Source: a bacterium | Lineage (GTDB): Bacteria; Patescibacteriota; Dojkabacteria; JAKAPS01 | Direction: 5' to 3' | DNA: 64,000 nt | Assembly: GCA_021806925.1 (NCBI GenBank) | Contig: JAKAPS010000001.1 | Location: 71,040 to 135,039 of the forward strand | In this document: positions 1 through 10,352 of the stretch, in pieces | How positions within the stretch are numbered: position 1 is the stretch's first letter | How the letters are laid out: each line of letters opens with the position of its first letter | The notes under the pieces: model-generated | Databases searched by the model: none | Seen by the model: the letters and a program-made list of their open reading frames with translations, nothing else | Told to the model about the DNA's origin: nothing | Translations under genes and position numbers: made by a program

Positions 1-694
1 AATTTTGATTATCAATTCCATATATACTAAATGTGTGATTGCCAGGATTCAGTCCAGTCATCTCAATTTTAAAATATCCTGTTCCATTTGGAGTACCAGT
101 ACCAAGAGTTGCACCATTTTCATCTACCGTTATGAAATCAGTTGGGTACGCATAACCTTCAAGTACGACTGTAGACAGGTATGGCTCAACTGATACGACA
201 GATTCTATTCCAGATTTTGTCTCACCTGGATTAACTAAACCGCTTGCAAACACATTTACACCTTGAGAATCACTTGATAGGACTAATGTTTCTGTATAAT
301 CAGCCTGATTGTATGGGTTAGTTGCCTCAAAACCGGTTATTGTAATACTTTGCCCTCCAACAATTGACAAGTTAGTTAATACAATATCGTTTTGTTGATT
401 CACACTTGATACCAATCCATTTGCTGGATTTCCATATACAAATGAACCACTCACTCCAATATTAGATATGTTTATATTTCCATAATACGGCATCTCTAAA
501 ATAACGTAATCACTTGGAGAAATGTTAACATCACTTGGCAATGTAAAAGTTAATTCATGTTGAACAGAAATATCACCAGGAGAAAGAGATGTAACAACAT
601 CATAAAGATTTTGCACGATTTCACTAGCATAAACTTTACTAAATACTAGACAAAAAGCTAGTACAAATATAAAGGATATTCTAAATATCTTCAT
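1..694 (-). CDS. Secreted Ig-like/beta-sandwich surface protein, partial (runs off window start; absent from ORF track)
   Basis: Hand translation from ATG 694: MKIFRISFIFVLAFCLVFSKVYAS (signal peptide)...LEGYAYPTDFITVDENGATLGTGTPNGTGYFKIEMTGLNPGNHTFSIYGIDNQN, open to window edge; Ig-like motif typical of CPR surface proteins. Confidence 0.8.
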   Translation of the reverse strand, partial: MKIFRISFIFVLAFCLVFSKVYASEIVQNLYDVVTSLSPGDISVQHELTFTLPSDVNISPSDYVILEMPYYGNINISNIGVSGSFVYGNPANGLVSSVNQQNDIVLTNLSIVGGQSITITGFEATNPYNQADYTETLVLSSDSQGVNVFASGLVNPGETKSGIESVVSVEPYLSTVVLEGYAYPTDFITVDENGATLGTGTPNGTGYFKIEMTGLNPGNHTFSIYGIDNQN

Positions 695-723
695 CACCTC
701 ACTAAACAGTATAGCCTGAAGTT

Positions 724-1659
724 CTATCCTTGAGCAATTACTTTCAAAGCCTTTGAAAGTCTCTTTCTACCAAAGATAATAAGTAGGACGAAAAGCAAGA
801 CTATACAACCAACAACAATACTTGTTGTTATAAACCACATTGGGAAAATGTAGAAGGTTGTTGTGTCAGTAATATTATGATCATTCTTAGTTCCATATGT
901 CGCTATAAGCGTAGCCGTGTATTTACCTATCATACCAGTTGCTCCCCAGTTAGTAATCATTATTCTACTTGCTCCAGGAAGAACGTTCTCACCATTTAAG
1001 CTTATTTCATCTACCTTAGCACCAAATATATTTGTTAATAATATATATCCACTTGGTTTTTCATATACATCACCATTATCAGTAATTTTTAAACTTAGCG
1101 GTATTGGCCCGTTATATGAAAAATTGGGTGCACTAAAATTATCAACTTTAACATTTTCTGTAACATTTCCTGATACTGTTAAAAGTATTAAAGATACTTG
1201 ACCTGATGAAACATTTGCTACACCAGGAACTGCATTAACTGCCGTTTGAACTGTAATTGCACCATCATGAGTACCAGGTTCAGCATTATTAGGAACCACT
1301 ATATTATAGTTAACAGACTGAGATGAGTGCGCAGGAATAGTTAATGTAGTTGAAGAAAGATTTATCCAGCTTGCCAAAGAATATGTGCTATCAACAGAAC
1401 CTGGTGTTAATGCGACAAAACCTTGATCACCACTTGGTACAAAATTTTCTGTAGACAAATTGTACGTATTTGCAGTTGAGCTTTCATTTCTAATATCTAC
1501 CTTTTCTGTTAGTGTATCACCTGGATTAGCAAAGACATCAATACTTGGAGGAATTAATGTTGTTTCAGTAACACTTTGTGCACTGACTTTCAAATTCAGA
1601 CTAAAGACAAACAAGAAAAATGATAGCAGAAAAAGAATTGATAATATCTTAATTCTCAT
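724..1659 (-). CDS. DUF916/WxL-interacting-protein-like secreted protein with C-terminal TM anchor
   Basis: Signal peptide; PPSIDVFANPGDT, SLASWINL, VPNNAEPGTHDGAI, GKYTATLIATYG; C-terminal TM plus basic tail. Confidence 0.65.
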   Translation of the reverse strand: MRIKILSILFLLSFFLFVFSLNLKVSAQSVTETTLIPPSIDVFANPGDTLTEKVDIRNESSTANTYNLSTENFVPSGDQGFVALTPGSVDSTYSLASWINLSSTTLTIPAHSSQSVNYNIVVPNNAEPGTHDGAITVQTAVNAVPGVANVSSGQVSLILLTVSGNVTENVKVDNFSAPNFSYNGPIPLSLKITDNGDVYEKPSGYILLTNIFGAKVDEISLNGENVLPGASRIMITNWGATGMIGKYTATLIATYGTKNDHNITDTTTFYIFPMWFITTSIVVGCIVLLFVLLIIFGRKRLSKALKVIAQG

Positions 1660-1666
1660 TTTTTCT

Positions 1667-1695
1667 ATTGTAGTAACATATTTTTAAAAAGTCAA
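1667..1695 (-). promoter_or_regulatory. sigma70 promoter, near-leaderless
   Basis: TTGACT-17nt-TACAAT, 7 nt before ATG 1659. Confidence 0.6.
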
Positions 1696-1901
1696 TTACT
1701 TACACGCTTTAATACATAAGAGCGAACAAAATCAATATTATATGATGTATATTAGAGTTATAAAAAAAGGTAAAAAGTAATAACACATTGTTACAATTTT
1801 TAACTGAACCAACATATATATCAGAAGCTAATTAATATAAAGAACAGATTTTTCTTTAAATATCTTTTTTATTGTATAATTTACAAAAGAAATACAAGAA
1901 T

Positions 1902-2963
1902 ATGAAAAAGGGATTTTTAATTCTATTAATACAATTCATTTTTGTATTCTTTGTGTTGCAGTTATTTCAAGTAGTATATGCATCGACAATATCAGTATCA
2001 TCGCTTTCATTAAGTGATAATGTGTCTCTTGACTCTTCGGTAACATATTCACTCTCATTTTCAACTGTAACGTCTTCTACATTAACGTCAATCGAAACAG
2101 AATTTGCAACAACAAGTTCAGGAACTATACCTCCAACACATATGAATCTTTCAACTGTATCCCTTGGTGCAATATCAGGTATAACTGGATCAAATTGGAC
2201 ACTTAATTCTACTGATTATACTGCTGGAATTCTGTATGTACAAAATGGTTCAGGACAGAATATACCTGCAAGTACTGATATACAGATTACACTAAATAGT
2301 ATTACAAATCCTGAAGTTGGAGATTGCGGTGGAACATACTATGATACTTGCTATCTTCAGATAACTACTTTTGATGGTGTTACACCTATAGATTCAGGGT
2401 ATGTAAGCTTTGGATTAGAAAGTAATCCACAACTTACATTCAGTTTGTCTAGTATTGGTTCAGGGACAATAGAGAATGGAATAACGACTACAACATCAAC
2501 ATCCATTAGTACTCTGCCCCTTGGTTCAATAGCTCCATATCAATTTGTTGCAGGTAGTTATGAACTTAGTTTAACTACAAATGCCCCAAATGGGTATAGT
2601 ATATATTCATGGCTATCATCACCGCTGATTGGTACATATTATGGAAAGGATATATCGCCTTTTAGTGCAACGGGTGCAAGCTGGACAACACCTGTATCTT
2701 GGACTAGCCCAACTGGTTCTGTTGATGGAACAAATACATGTTGGATAGGTGCAAATACATCTGACACTTCTGTCACTGGTTGGTCAAGTGGTAGCAATCT
2801 ATGGGGTCCACTTGGTTCATCACCTCAACTTATTTCATATTCAAATACATCTGTACTAACTCAGAAGAATATCTTTTTTACAATTGGTCTTGAATGTAAC
2901 GCATTGCAGTCTCCAGATGTCTATTCATCACAACTTAATTTCTCTGTAGTTCCTAGTTATTGA
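1902..2963 (+). CDS. Secreted Ser/Thr-rich two-domain surface protein (WxL-like C-terminus), paralog of 14833..15954
   Basis: Signal peptide from ATG 1902 (MKKGFL..VYAS); shares TTNA.xGY, SW.TPV.WT.PTGS and IGANTSDT.V.GWSS with 14833..15954. Confidence 0.75.
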   Translation: MKKGFLILLIQFIFVFFVLQLFQVVYASTISVSSLSLSDNVSLDSSVTYSLSFSTVTSSTLTSIETEFATTSSGTIPPTHMNLSTVSLGAISGITGSNWTLNSTDYTAGILYVQNGSGQNIPASTDIQITLNSITNPEVGDCGGTYYDTCYLQITTFDGVTPIDSGYVSFGLESNPQLTFSLSSIGSGTIENGITTTTSTSISTLPLGSIAPYQFVAGSYELSLTTNAPNGYSIYSWLSSPLIGTYYGKDISPFSATGASWTTPVSWTSPTGSVDGTNTCWIGANTSDTSVTGWSSGSNLWGPLGSSPQLISYSNTSVLTQKNIFFTIGLECNALQSPDVYSSQLNFSVVPSY

Positions 2964-5292
2964 TGTTATTTCTATAGAATGTACTCGCATTGTTCCATTC
3001 ATTCATTGCTCTGTAGGTGTTTATAACGCCGTTGAAGGCCACTGAACTATTTAAGTTAAGTAGATACGCAGATTCATAATAGCCTAATGCAGTTTTGTAA
3101 TCTCCCATAGAGTAATTAGAATTCGCCATGCTTATATAGTCATTGTATGAATATACATGAACTATATAGTTAGAAGTATATTCATTAATATATTTTTCTG
3201 TTAATGAACCAGTTGAAAGGTAAATACTTTTTAGACGTATAGAATCATATTCATTTAGAAAATCATGTGAGTATTGTTTCAATCCTTCATCAGTCAACAC
3301 TTTTGCGAAGAAAATATCCTCTGTTTCAAAATCTGTATATAGGGATACTTTATTCATGTCAATAATATAAGGATTTACTCCTTTAAGCATAGCGTTGATG
3401 TTTGAGATATTTTTCAAACTACTTGCCAATTCAGTTTTATTAATCTGAGGATTTACAACAACTTTTAATGTATAACCATATGGCACTGTAAAATACGGGT
3501 TACCATACACTCCTATATTTTGTAAATCAGTCTGATCTGGAAAGTATAGGTATATGTTTCTTGTATCTATATTTTTTGCAATCATGTATTTTAATACAGA
3601 TGTATCATCTAGACTTTTTGATGTTAATAACCCAGGATATTTACTTGAATTGAAATAGTGTTCATATTCTGTGATTGATAATGGTATTAAAGTTATATCA
3701 GGTGCTACGTTCTCTACATAATGCTCATAGAACATGGGAAAACACGCAGTATCATTGAAACATATCATTATAGAGTTTTTTGGAAGTGAATTTAAAATAT
3801 ATTTAGAAGAATCACCTAAGAATGTAAAATTCCTATTGTATTCTTCACGTATATTAAAAATGAACAAAACTGGAACTGAAAGTATCAATACAGTTATGCT
3901 TATATATTTCATAGAATTTTTTAAACTGAGCATATTAAAAAAACTAAAGTATTTTGTTTTATTATTGTTTTTAATTACTCCAATTTGTTTTGGGTCATTG
4001 AATTTATTTAATATGTAAGAAATTGTGAAAAAAGACATAATACCAAAAAATATTTCTCCTTGTATATATAGCCTCATCTTTATAGCGATATCTGTATACA
4101 ATGATGCAGTTCCATTTTCAGTGGTGTAATTTACTGGAAAATATCCTCCAACAAGTACATCCGATACAAAAAAATTTGATATGACAAGAATCTCAAATCC
4201 TCTGTTATATATATATTTAAAGATTGAATTTTTCTTAGTATTTTTAAATACTGAATTGTTAATTTGCTCTTTAAAAAATAGGGCAATGATTAAACCTGCA
4301 AAACTAAACACAAAGAATATATTAAAATCCTGCAATAGATATATTAAAAAGTGGTATATCTCTATGAATGAATTCTGAATTGGAAATGTTCCGATATATG
4401 ATGATAGTACACCACTGGTGGTATTCCTTTTATAGTCATTTCTAAAGAAATCATTCACCAATGAATGAATAGAATTTATACTTCCCCAGCCAACAGGAGA
4501 GTTACTATTTGACAATATGAATAAGTACATATATATCAATGAAACTAATATAGAAACTAATAGGATGAATTCAATTAAATAAATAATAAATAGTTTTGTC
4601 CTCTTATTCTTTGGAATGTTTTTAATCCACCCTACGAGCAGGAAAAATAATATTGGTGGAAAAACAACAATACTCTCCTGCTGATTTGCAATCATTGCTG
4701 AAAAAATAACTGCAAAAATTAATATGTAAAAGGAAATACGAATATATTTTCTTCTGTTTTCATCTCTTTCAAATGTGTTAAATAATAGGACTGAAATGAA
4801 TATTAATAAGACAATTAGAAGATTATTCAATGCAAATACTTCAGCAACTGAAGAATATATTGCATAATACAGTGAGAAACCTAATCCAAAAATAGTTAGA
4901 AGTATAGATAAAATGACATTTTTAGAGTTTTGTACTCGTTGTCTGTAATATATGTACACAAGGAGAAAAATTAAACTTAATGTTATTGATGAAAACAGAG
5001 CTGATAATATATTAACCTTGTACGCCTCAGACCAAGGTATATTCTTTAGCAAAATTAACCATACCCTTCCTAGTAGCATATATAAAGGATACCCTGGTTG
5101 GTGAGGATTTCCGTTTGTATATATTGCTGTAAGCATCTCACCATTATCTCCATAGTTTGAAACAGTAACAGGTGCAATTAGTGAATAAAATAGAAAGAAG
5201 AATAAAAATATGCTTATTGAATATATATACATATTCAATTTTTCTATTCTTGTATATTCTCTATTTGTATTTTTTATCGTTTTATTACTCAT
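2953..5292 (-). CDS. DUF2723/TMEM260-like GT-C membrane glycosyltransferase
   Basis: GDNGEMLTAIYTNGNPHQPGYPLYMLLG signature, AEVFALN, many TMs, C-terminal TPR-like segment. Confidence 0.8.
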   Translation of the reverse strand: MSNKTIKNTNREYTRIEKLNMYIYSISIFLFFFLFYSLIAPVTVSNYGDNGEMLTAIYTNGNPHQPGYPLYMLLGRVWLILLKNIPWSEAYKVNILSALFSSITLSLIFLLVYIYYRQRVQNSKNVILSILLTIFGLGFSLYYAIYSSVAEVFALNNLLIVLLIFISVLLFNTFERDENRRKYIRISFYILIFAVIFSAMIANQQESIVVFPPILFFLLVGWIKNIPKNKRTKLFIIYLIEFILLVSILVSLIYMYLFILSNSNSPVGWGSINSIHSLVNDFFRNDYKRNTTSGVLSSYIGTFPIQNSFIEIYHFLIYLLQDFNIFFVFSFAGLIIALFFKEQINNSVFKNTKKNSIFKYIYNRGFEILVISNFFVSDVLVGGYFPVNYTTENGTASLYTDIAIKMRLYIQGEIFFGIMSFFTISYILNKFNDPKQIGVIKNNNKTKYFSFFNMLSLKNSMKYISITVLILSVPVLFIFNIREEYNRNFTFLGDSSKYILNSLPKNSIMICFNDTACFPMFYEHYVENVAPDITLIPLSITEYEHYFNSSKYPGLLTSKSLDDTSVLKYMIAKNIDTRNIYLYFPDQTDLQNIGVYGNPYFTVPYGYTLKVVVNPQINKTELASSLKNISNINAMLKGVNPYIIDMNKVSLYTDFETEDIFFAKVLTDEGLKQYSHDFLNEYDSIRLKSIYLSTGSLTEKYINEYTSNYIVHVYSYNDYISMANSNYSMGDYKTALGYYESAYLLNLNSSVAFNGVINTYRAMNEWNNASTFYRNNINN

Positions 5293-5349
5293 ATTTTCTA
5301 TACAGCTGGTCTTTTAACCTCAATTAAAAGATAATATATATAAATATAT

Positions 5350-6012
5350 ATGTCTAGAGTTCTTGAGATTAATGTAACAATAAAGAAGAAAAGGATAAAA
5401 AGAAATATATTTTTATTTGTATTTGTTATTTTGACTATTAGTCTTGTTGGTTTTGGAATATATAAAATAATTGAATTCAATAATGAGCAAAGTAAATTAT
5501 TGCAAAGTGACATATCATCAATACAATCAAAACTATATAAATCACCAGGAGTAGATAGCTCCTATATTGAAAATGAAGCTATAAACTCAACGCTTCCATA
5601 CTCTCAAACAACCTGGAAAGTTATAGTTAACAGAGTGTACTATTATCAGATGGAGTACCCTACAAATACAACTGGATTCCAAAAGAATATTGACGGATCA
5701 ACAATATGGTTACTAAGAAGAGATGGATATATATTTAAATTAAATATATTTCAATATAGTGGAACACCAGATCAGTATATAAATTCAATTGAAAATATAG
5801 GTAACTATGCTATATCTAAGACTACATTCAACGGTCAAAGTGCATTAATGTTGACTGATACAAACAATACAGATAAATTCAAAGGAAATGAAATTGTATT
5901 GAAATATAAAGGGAATATGTTTGTTATATGGTTTCTTCAAATTGACAAAAACACACATCCAAATGACTATTTAAGAGAACAAGTTATATTAAGCAATTTT
6001 GGTTTTATTTAG
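5350..6012 (+). CDS. Membrane-anchored extracytoplasmic protein (PsbP/Mog1-like fold possible)
   Basis: Single N-terminal TM; WKVIVNRVYYYQMEYP and TTFNGQSA motifs; ends ILSNFGFI. Confidence 0.5.
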   Translation: MSRVLEINVTIKKKRIKRNIFLFVFVILTISLVGFGIYKIIEFNNEQSKLLQSDISSIQSKLYKSPGVDSSYIENEAINSTLPYSQTTWKVIVNRVYYYQMEYPTNTTGFQKNIDGSTIWLLRRDGYIFKLNIFQYSGTPDQYINSIENIGNYAISKTTFNGQSALMLTDTNNTDKFKGNEIVLKYKGNMFVIWFLQIDKNTHPNDYLREQVILSNFGFI

Positions 6013-7681
6013 GAAGGACATCATCTACGCTTCTTCCAGTTCTCAATCTAGCTGACAATAAATAGAGAATAGCTTTTATCCTTCTAATCATTATGCTGCC
6101 TAGTATCTTTTCATTAGGGTTGACGAAAAATTCCAATACACCTCCTCTTCTTCTTCCTTTCGACAAAGCTCTACATAGAGCGGATGGTGTAATACTTTCT
6201 ACTAAATTAGATGCCTCCCTCGATTGAGGAATAAATGAAAACTGTTCCCCATACATTATTTGAGTGCCCAATGCTAAGATTACATCAATTGGGACTCTTC
6301 TAAATAATTTCTTCATTAAAATACCTAATGCTGATGCCCTATCTTCTTTACTACTAGTAGAAATACGCTTTATTTCTTTATTGCTTAGTCTTCCACAGAA
6401 TAATTTTGAGCTTCTTCTACTGGTACTGTCATATTGGAATATATGGACATACACAGCATAACCAAAATCTGTCATAAGTATTAATGGAATACTATGTCTT
6501 AATGCATATTCATGCAAAAGAGTCATTGCTTCTAGATCATCGACACTGCAGAAAATTACATCTGGTTTTAATGCTTCTATTTCATAAATATTTTTAGCAT
6601 CTATGTTATAAGGATTTGTAATAATATTTGTCATTGGATAGATTCCAGCTATGTACTCTTTCGTTGCAATAACTTTTATTTCACCCACTTTACCTGTACC
6701 AACAGATAACCTAGGTAGATTTGCTTGCCCTACCATTCCACCATCAAATACAGCTAGTTCTGCAACCGGATAGCTTGATAATGCACTCAGAACTCTACTG
6801 CCCACGCTTCCTCCACCAACTACAGTAATTTTTTTCCCTCTAATTATATCACGTTGATAAGATCCTAAACTAATTCCGCGAGATTCAGATAGAAATTGTT
6901 TTACTACAATTTCAAGTTGTCTTTCAAGTTCACCTAGCGTAAGACTATATTCCTGACATCCTGGCTCTAATATACCCCGTTTCATAAGTGAAATTATACC
7001 ATCTATATTTTCTGAAACATATCCCATAACATTTTTTCTCCCTTTATCTCCATATTTATTCCTGTATGGATTGAATTTATCACCTAATTTTCTATTAGGA
7101 TAAACCTTTCTATATAATTCAGTCAAACCATTTCTCCCAATCCAATAAAACGGATATTTTTTTATGAGATTTTTTACTTCATCTAAATCATAATTTAAAT
7201 TACTACCAATAAGTTTTATTTCAAGACCAAGAGATTTAATTATTTCCACAAGCCTTGGTTGGAGTATTGCTGAAACATTAGAATCATTACTCTTTCCTCT
7301 TTCTTTCGATACTTGAACTACCTTAGTAAGTATATATAATAAATTTGCTAATTTAACAACCGGATCCTTAGCTTCTATTGCTAATCCTCCGATTTCTATA
7401 TAATCATAATCCACCCCACTTTTTTCGAAAATACTAGATCCTGGAGAAACACGTGCACATGCATTATTTGTTTTTATAATGATTTCACTATCATTGTAAT
7501 TCCTCACATGTTCTCCAGCACAAAAATCTCTTTGATATAAATTAACTGCAATTGATCCTGGGTCTGTTCTAGTACCTGTTCCAGTTATTTTTTCTAATTC
7601 ACGTTGAAGTTGCAATAGCGATGGATTAGTAGCAGGCGTATAAAAATTTTTGCCTTCTCCTTTTTCTGTAGATAAACTCAT
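6005..7681 (-). CDS. Fusion of N-terminal LuxI/FeeM-like GNAT acyltransferase and C-terminal ThiF/E1-like adenylation domain (Rv1355c/OxzB-like)
   Basis: ThiF: VVGGGSVGS, DGGMVGQANLPRL, GEIKV, CSVDD, IPLILMTDFG, LFCGRL. N-domain: ACARVSP, YIEIGGLAI, AILQPRLVEIIKSLGLEIKLIG. Start moved to ATG 7681 because 7711 lies inside the promoter. Confidence 0.7.
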   Translation of the reverse strand: MSLSTEKGEGKNFYTPATNPSLLQLQRELEKITGTGTRTDPGSIAVNLYQRDFCAGEHVRNYNDSEIIIKTNNACARVSPGSSIFEKSGVDYDYIEIGGLAIEAKDPVVKLANLLYILTKVVQVSKERGKSNDSNVSAILQPRLVEIIKSLGLEIKLIGSNLNYDLDEVKNLIKKYPFYWIGRNGLTELYRKVYPNRKLGDKFNPYRNKYGDKGRKNVMGYVSENIDGIISLMKRGILEPGCQEYSLTLGELERQLEIVVKQFLSESRGISLGSYQRDIIRGKKITVVGGGSVGSRVLSALSSYPVAELAVFDGGMVGQANLPRLSVGTGKVGEIKVIATKEYIAGIYPMTNIITNPYNIDAKNIYEIEALKPDVIFCSVDDLEAMTLLHEYALRHSIPLILMTDFGYAVYVHIFQYDSTSRRSSKLFCGRLSNKEIKRISTSSKEDRASALGILMKKLFRRVPIDVILALGTQIMYGEQFSFIPQSREASNLVESITPSALCRALSKGRRRGGVLEFFVNPNEKILGSIMIRRIKAILYLLSARLRTGRSVDDVLPK

Positions 7682-7692
7682 TCTACCCTCGC

Positions 7693-7721
7693 AGTTTATA
7701 CTATATATCATACAAAGTCAA
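7693..7721 (-). promoter_or_regulatory. sigma70 promoter of the acyltransferase-ThiF gene
   Basis: TTGACT-17nt-TAAACT followed by GAGGG and ATG 7681. Confidence 0.55.
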
Positions 7722-7819
7722 TAGATAAAGGATATAACCGAGGATGGAGAAAAAATATCAGACTCTTAAGATTTTATAACCACTTAGATAATTGAAATGG
7801 ACATAACAATGCAGTATTA

Positions 7820-10030
7820 TTGTTTTTGTATATGTATTTTCAAATAGTTATTTTGCTACTAACTATGACATATAATTTCTATTTCCTGTATTCTACTAAA
7901 TTCAAAAAAACTGTAATACTTTTTTCGCTATGGGTTTTCTCTACTGAAATAATGTTTTTAATATCATCAATATCATTAAATATTTCTCAATCGACAGTTG
8001 CAATACTATATGAAATAAGATTAGTAATGTTTGTATCAATTATAATGTGTTTTTTATTTTTAATATTCGTTGATTCATTCCCCGATGGTAAAAAAATTTT
8101 ATCAATCAAATACACTATATTAATATCATTCTTTGCAATAGTTTTAGGAACCTTAACTTTGACGCCTTTAATGTTTTACTCCATAAAGATTATAAACGGA
8201 AATGTTATACCAGCATTTTTCCCAACACTTTATATTTTTCCATTATATTTTGTAATGACATTATTTAAGGGATTATACTTATTATATAAGAAGTATAAAT
8301 CATCGTATTTTAACAATAAGATTATTTTAAAAATATTCTTATATTCATTTTCGCTTCTGATTCTTTTTACGTTAATATCTAATTTCTTATTACCTATTTT
8401 CTTCAAATATTCAGACTTGATGCAGCTGGGAAATTTATCAGTATTATTTTTTTTTATTATTACAAGTTACACAGTAATTAGACATCGACTTTTTGATATA
8501 TATTTTGCAATCAGAAACTTCACAATATATTCTTTTGCATTTATTTCAATCTATATACTATTTATTCTTCTTTTCTATATACTAAGGGTAACAGTAATTG
8601 ATGAAAATTTATTAATCTATTCAGCAATAATTGATCTAGTATCATTAATATCTATACCATCCGTAATAAGATTGTCAACAATTATAATGGATAAGATATT
8701 CTTTAAAAGAGCAATATCACAGAAAATAGAAATAGAGAATTTAAATAGAAAAATAAATGAAATAAGGACATTAGATGAAATCTATAAATATATTCCACTT
8801 GAGATTTCTAGATTATTTGGATTCTACAAAATAGAAATCATCAATGATAGTGATTATAGGTTTTTAATTCTCAGTAAATTCTTCAATAATAACAATAATA
8901 ATAATAGAAACATATTATTTTTTACTGAAGATGATTATACAAAATATTCCAATATTACTAGCGAAAAAGATTTAACTGCAATATATCCATTCATAATAAA
9001 CAATGAAGTTAAAAGTTTATTATTAATTTACAATAAAATAACTAAAGAACCTATATACTCTAATGAAGTTTCTATTCTAGAAGATATTTTGAATAGAGTA
9101 TATATATTAATAGTAAATGCCTATTTATATGAAGATATAAAATCCTTTAATGAAAAATTGCAGGACAAAATTAGAAATGCAACATTGAAGTTAACTGCTA
9201 GAAATATAAAATTAAAACATACCCTAAAACATGAGAGGGAAGTCCTAAGACTTGAAAGAGATATGCTTGATATAATGGGACATGAATTAAGGTCCCCTGC
9301 TACAGTAATCAAATTAGCAACATACATGCTTGAAGGTGATATTGGTGCTAACCCATCAACTGGGAAAAATATATCCAGAATAAAAGATTCTGTAGAAAGG
9401 CAGTTAAAATTAATAAACCTATATATAGATATAGCAAAATTTGATAACAAGAGATTAAATCTGACACTATCCCAAATTCATTTAGATAGAATGCTTGAAA
9501 CTTCTGTTGAAGATCATATGGTTGAAGCAATGGAGAAATCTGAAATAAAATTAAGCTATGAAAAACCAGTTACATCAATTCCTATTCTAATTGCTGATTA
9601 CACTAGAATACGTGAAGTTATTGATAACCTAATAAGTAATGCAATCAAATATACATCAAATGGACTTGTAACAGTAGGATGTTCTATTGATGGATCTTAT
9701 GTTAAAGCATATGTAAGAGATACTGGTGAAGGAATCTCTGATGAAGATATAAAGAATGAATTGTTTCAAAAGTTCCATAGAATAGTAAATAAATCAGATA
9801 ATGAATCAGAAGAGAAAATAATTGTAAGACCAGGTGGATCTGGATTAGGTCTATACATATCAAAAGGAATTATAGAATTACACAATGGTAACATATGGGC
9901 TGAAAGTAAACTACATGTTGGGTCAACATTTTTCTTCTCACTTCCAATCCCTTCAAAAGATGAGATTCTAAAATATCCAGAAACCCCAGTTATACAAAAT
10001 AGGAATCCAAACCTATTTAAGAATATGTGA
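7820..10030 (+). CDS. Sensor histidine kinase with HisKA_7TM-like membrane sensor and degenerate GAF
   Basis: Multi-TM N-terminus ending YTVIRHRLFDI; H-box MGHELRSP; N-box NLISNAIKY; G1 DTGEGI; G2 GGSGLGL; no receiver domain. Confidence 0.9.
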   Translation: MFLYMYFQIVILLLTMTYNFYFLYSTKFKKTVILFSLWVFSTEIMFLISSISLNISQSTVAILYEIRLVMFVSIIMCFLFLIFVDSFPDGKKILSIKYTILISFFAIVLGTLTLTPLMFYSIKIINGNVIPAFFPTLYIFPLYFVMTLFKGLYLLYKKYKSSYFNNKIILKIFLYSFSLLILFTLISNFLLPIFFKYSDLMQLGNLSVLFFFIITSYTVIRHRLFDIYFAIRNFTIYSFAFISIYILFILLFYILRVTVIDENLLIYSAIIDLVSLISIPSVIRLSTIIMDKIFFKRAISQKIEIENLNRKINEIRTLDEIYKYIPLEISRLFGFYKIEIINDSDYRFLILSKFFNNNNNNNRNILFFTEDDYTKYSNITSEKDLTAIYPFIINNEVKSLLLIYNKITKEPIYSNEVSILEDILNRVYILIVNAYLYEDIKSFNEKLQDKIRNATLKLTARNIKLKHTLKHEREVLRLERDMLDIMGHELRSPATVIKLATYMLEGDIGANPSTGKNISRIKDSVERQLKLINLYIDIAKFDNKRLNLTLSQIHLDRMLETSVEDHMVEAMEKSEIKLSYEKPVTSIPILIADYTRIREVIDNLISNAIKYTSNGLVTVGCSIDGSYVKAYVRDTGEGISDEDIKNELFQKFHRIVNKSDNESEEKIIVRPGGSGLGLYISKGIIELHNGNIWAESKLHVGSTFFFSLPIPSKDEILKYPETPVIQNRNPNLFKNM

Positions 10031-10090
10031 TATATACTTTATTTTAAAAGAAAAATAATTCAATATTAATTTTTCAAGCTATAATATTTT

Positions 10091-10119
10091 TTGCATTAGT
10101 TATTTTTTTTGTGTACAAT
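10091..10119 (+). promoter_or_regulatory. sigma70 promoter of small membrane protein gene
   Basis: TTGCAT-17nt-TACAAT upstream of ATG 10133. Confidence 0.55.
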
Positions 10120-10132
10120 GTCATATATAAAT

Positions 10133-10324
10133 ATGGAAAATAATTCACAAAGCAAAGTATATGTAATAGCAGGAGCAACTGGTGTCATTGTTGCAGCACT
10201 ATTTTATTTAATCGTAAGACATGTATTCTCAGTACATTCAAGAACAATTGACATATTAGTAGGATTAATAGCAGGTGTTGTTGCAGGTGCTATCTACTAT
10301 TTTGTAGTTGGAAAGAAAAAATAA
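10133..10324 (+). CDS. Small two-TM membrane protein
   Basis: Two Gly/Ala-rich hydrophobic helices, KKK tail, own promoter. Confidence 0.7.
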   Translation: MENNSQSKVYVIAGATGVIVAALFYLIVRHVFSVHSRTIDILVGLIAGVVAGAIYYFVVGKKK

Positions 10325-10352
10325 AAGAAGCGAAATTACTAGCAATAAATAA

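Noticed and set aside
5-193. 62-aa + strand ORF and the many other short antisense ORFs in the track (e.g. 917..1201, 23367..23909, 56923..57627)
   Set aside because: Shadows of well-supported genes on the opposite strand, with no motifs of their own
6005-7681. Canonical MoeB/ThiF cofactor enzyme, or ubiquitin-like/CBASS E1
   Set aside because: No Zn-binding CxxC pairs, no GG-ending carrier, and no E2, JAB or cyclase genes nearby
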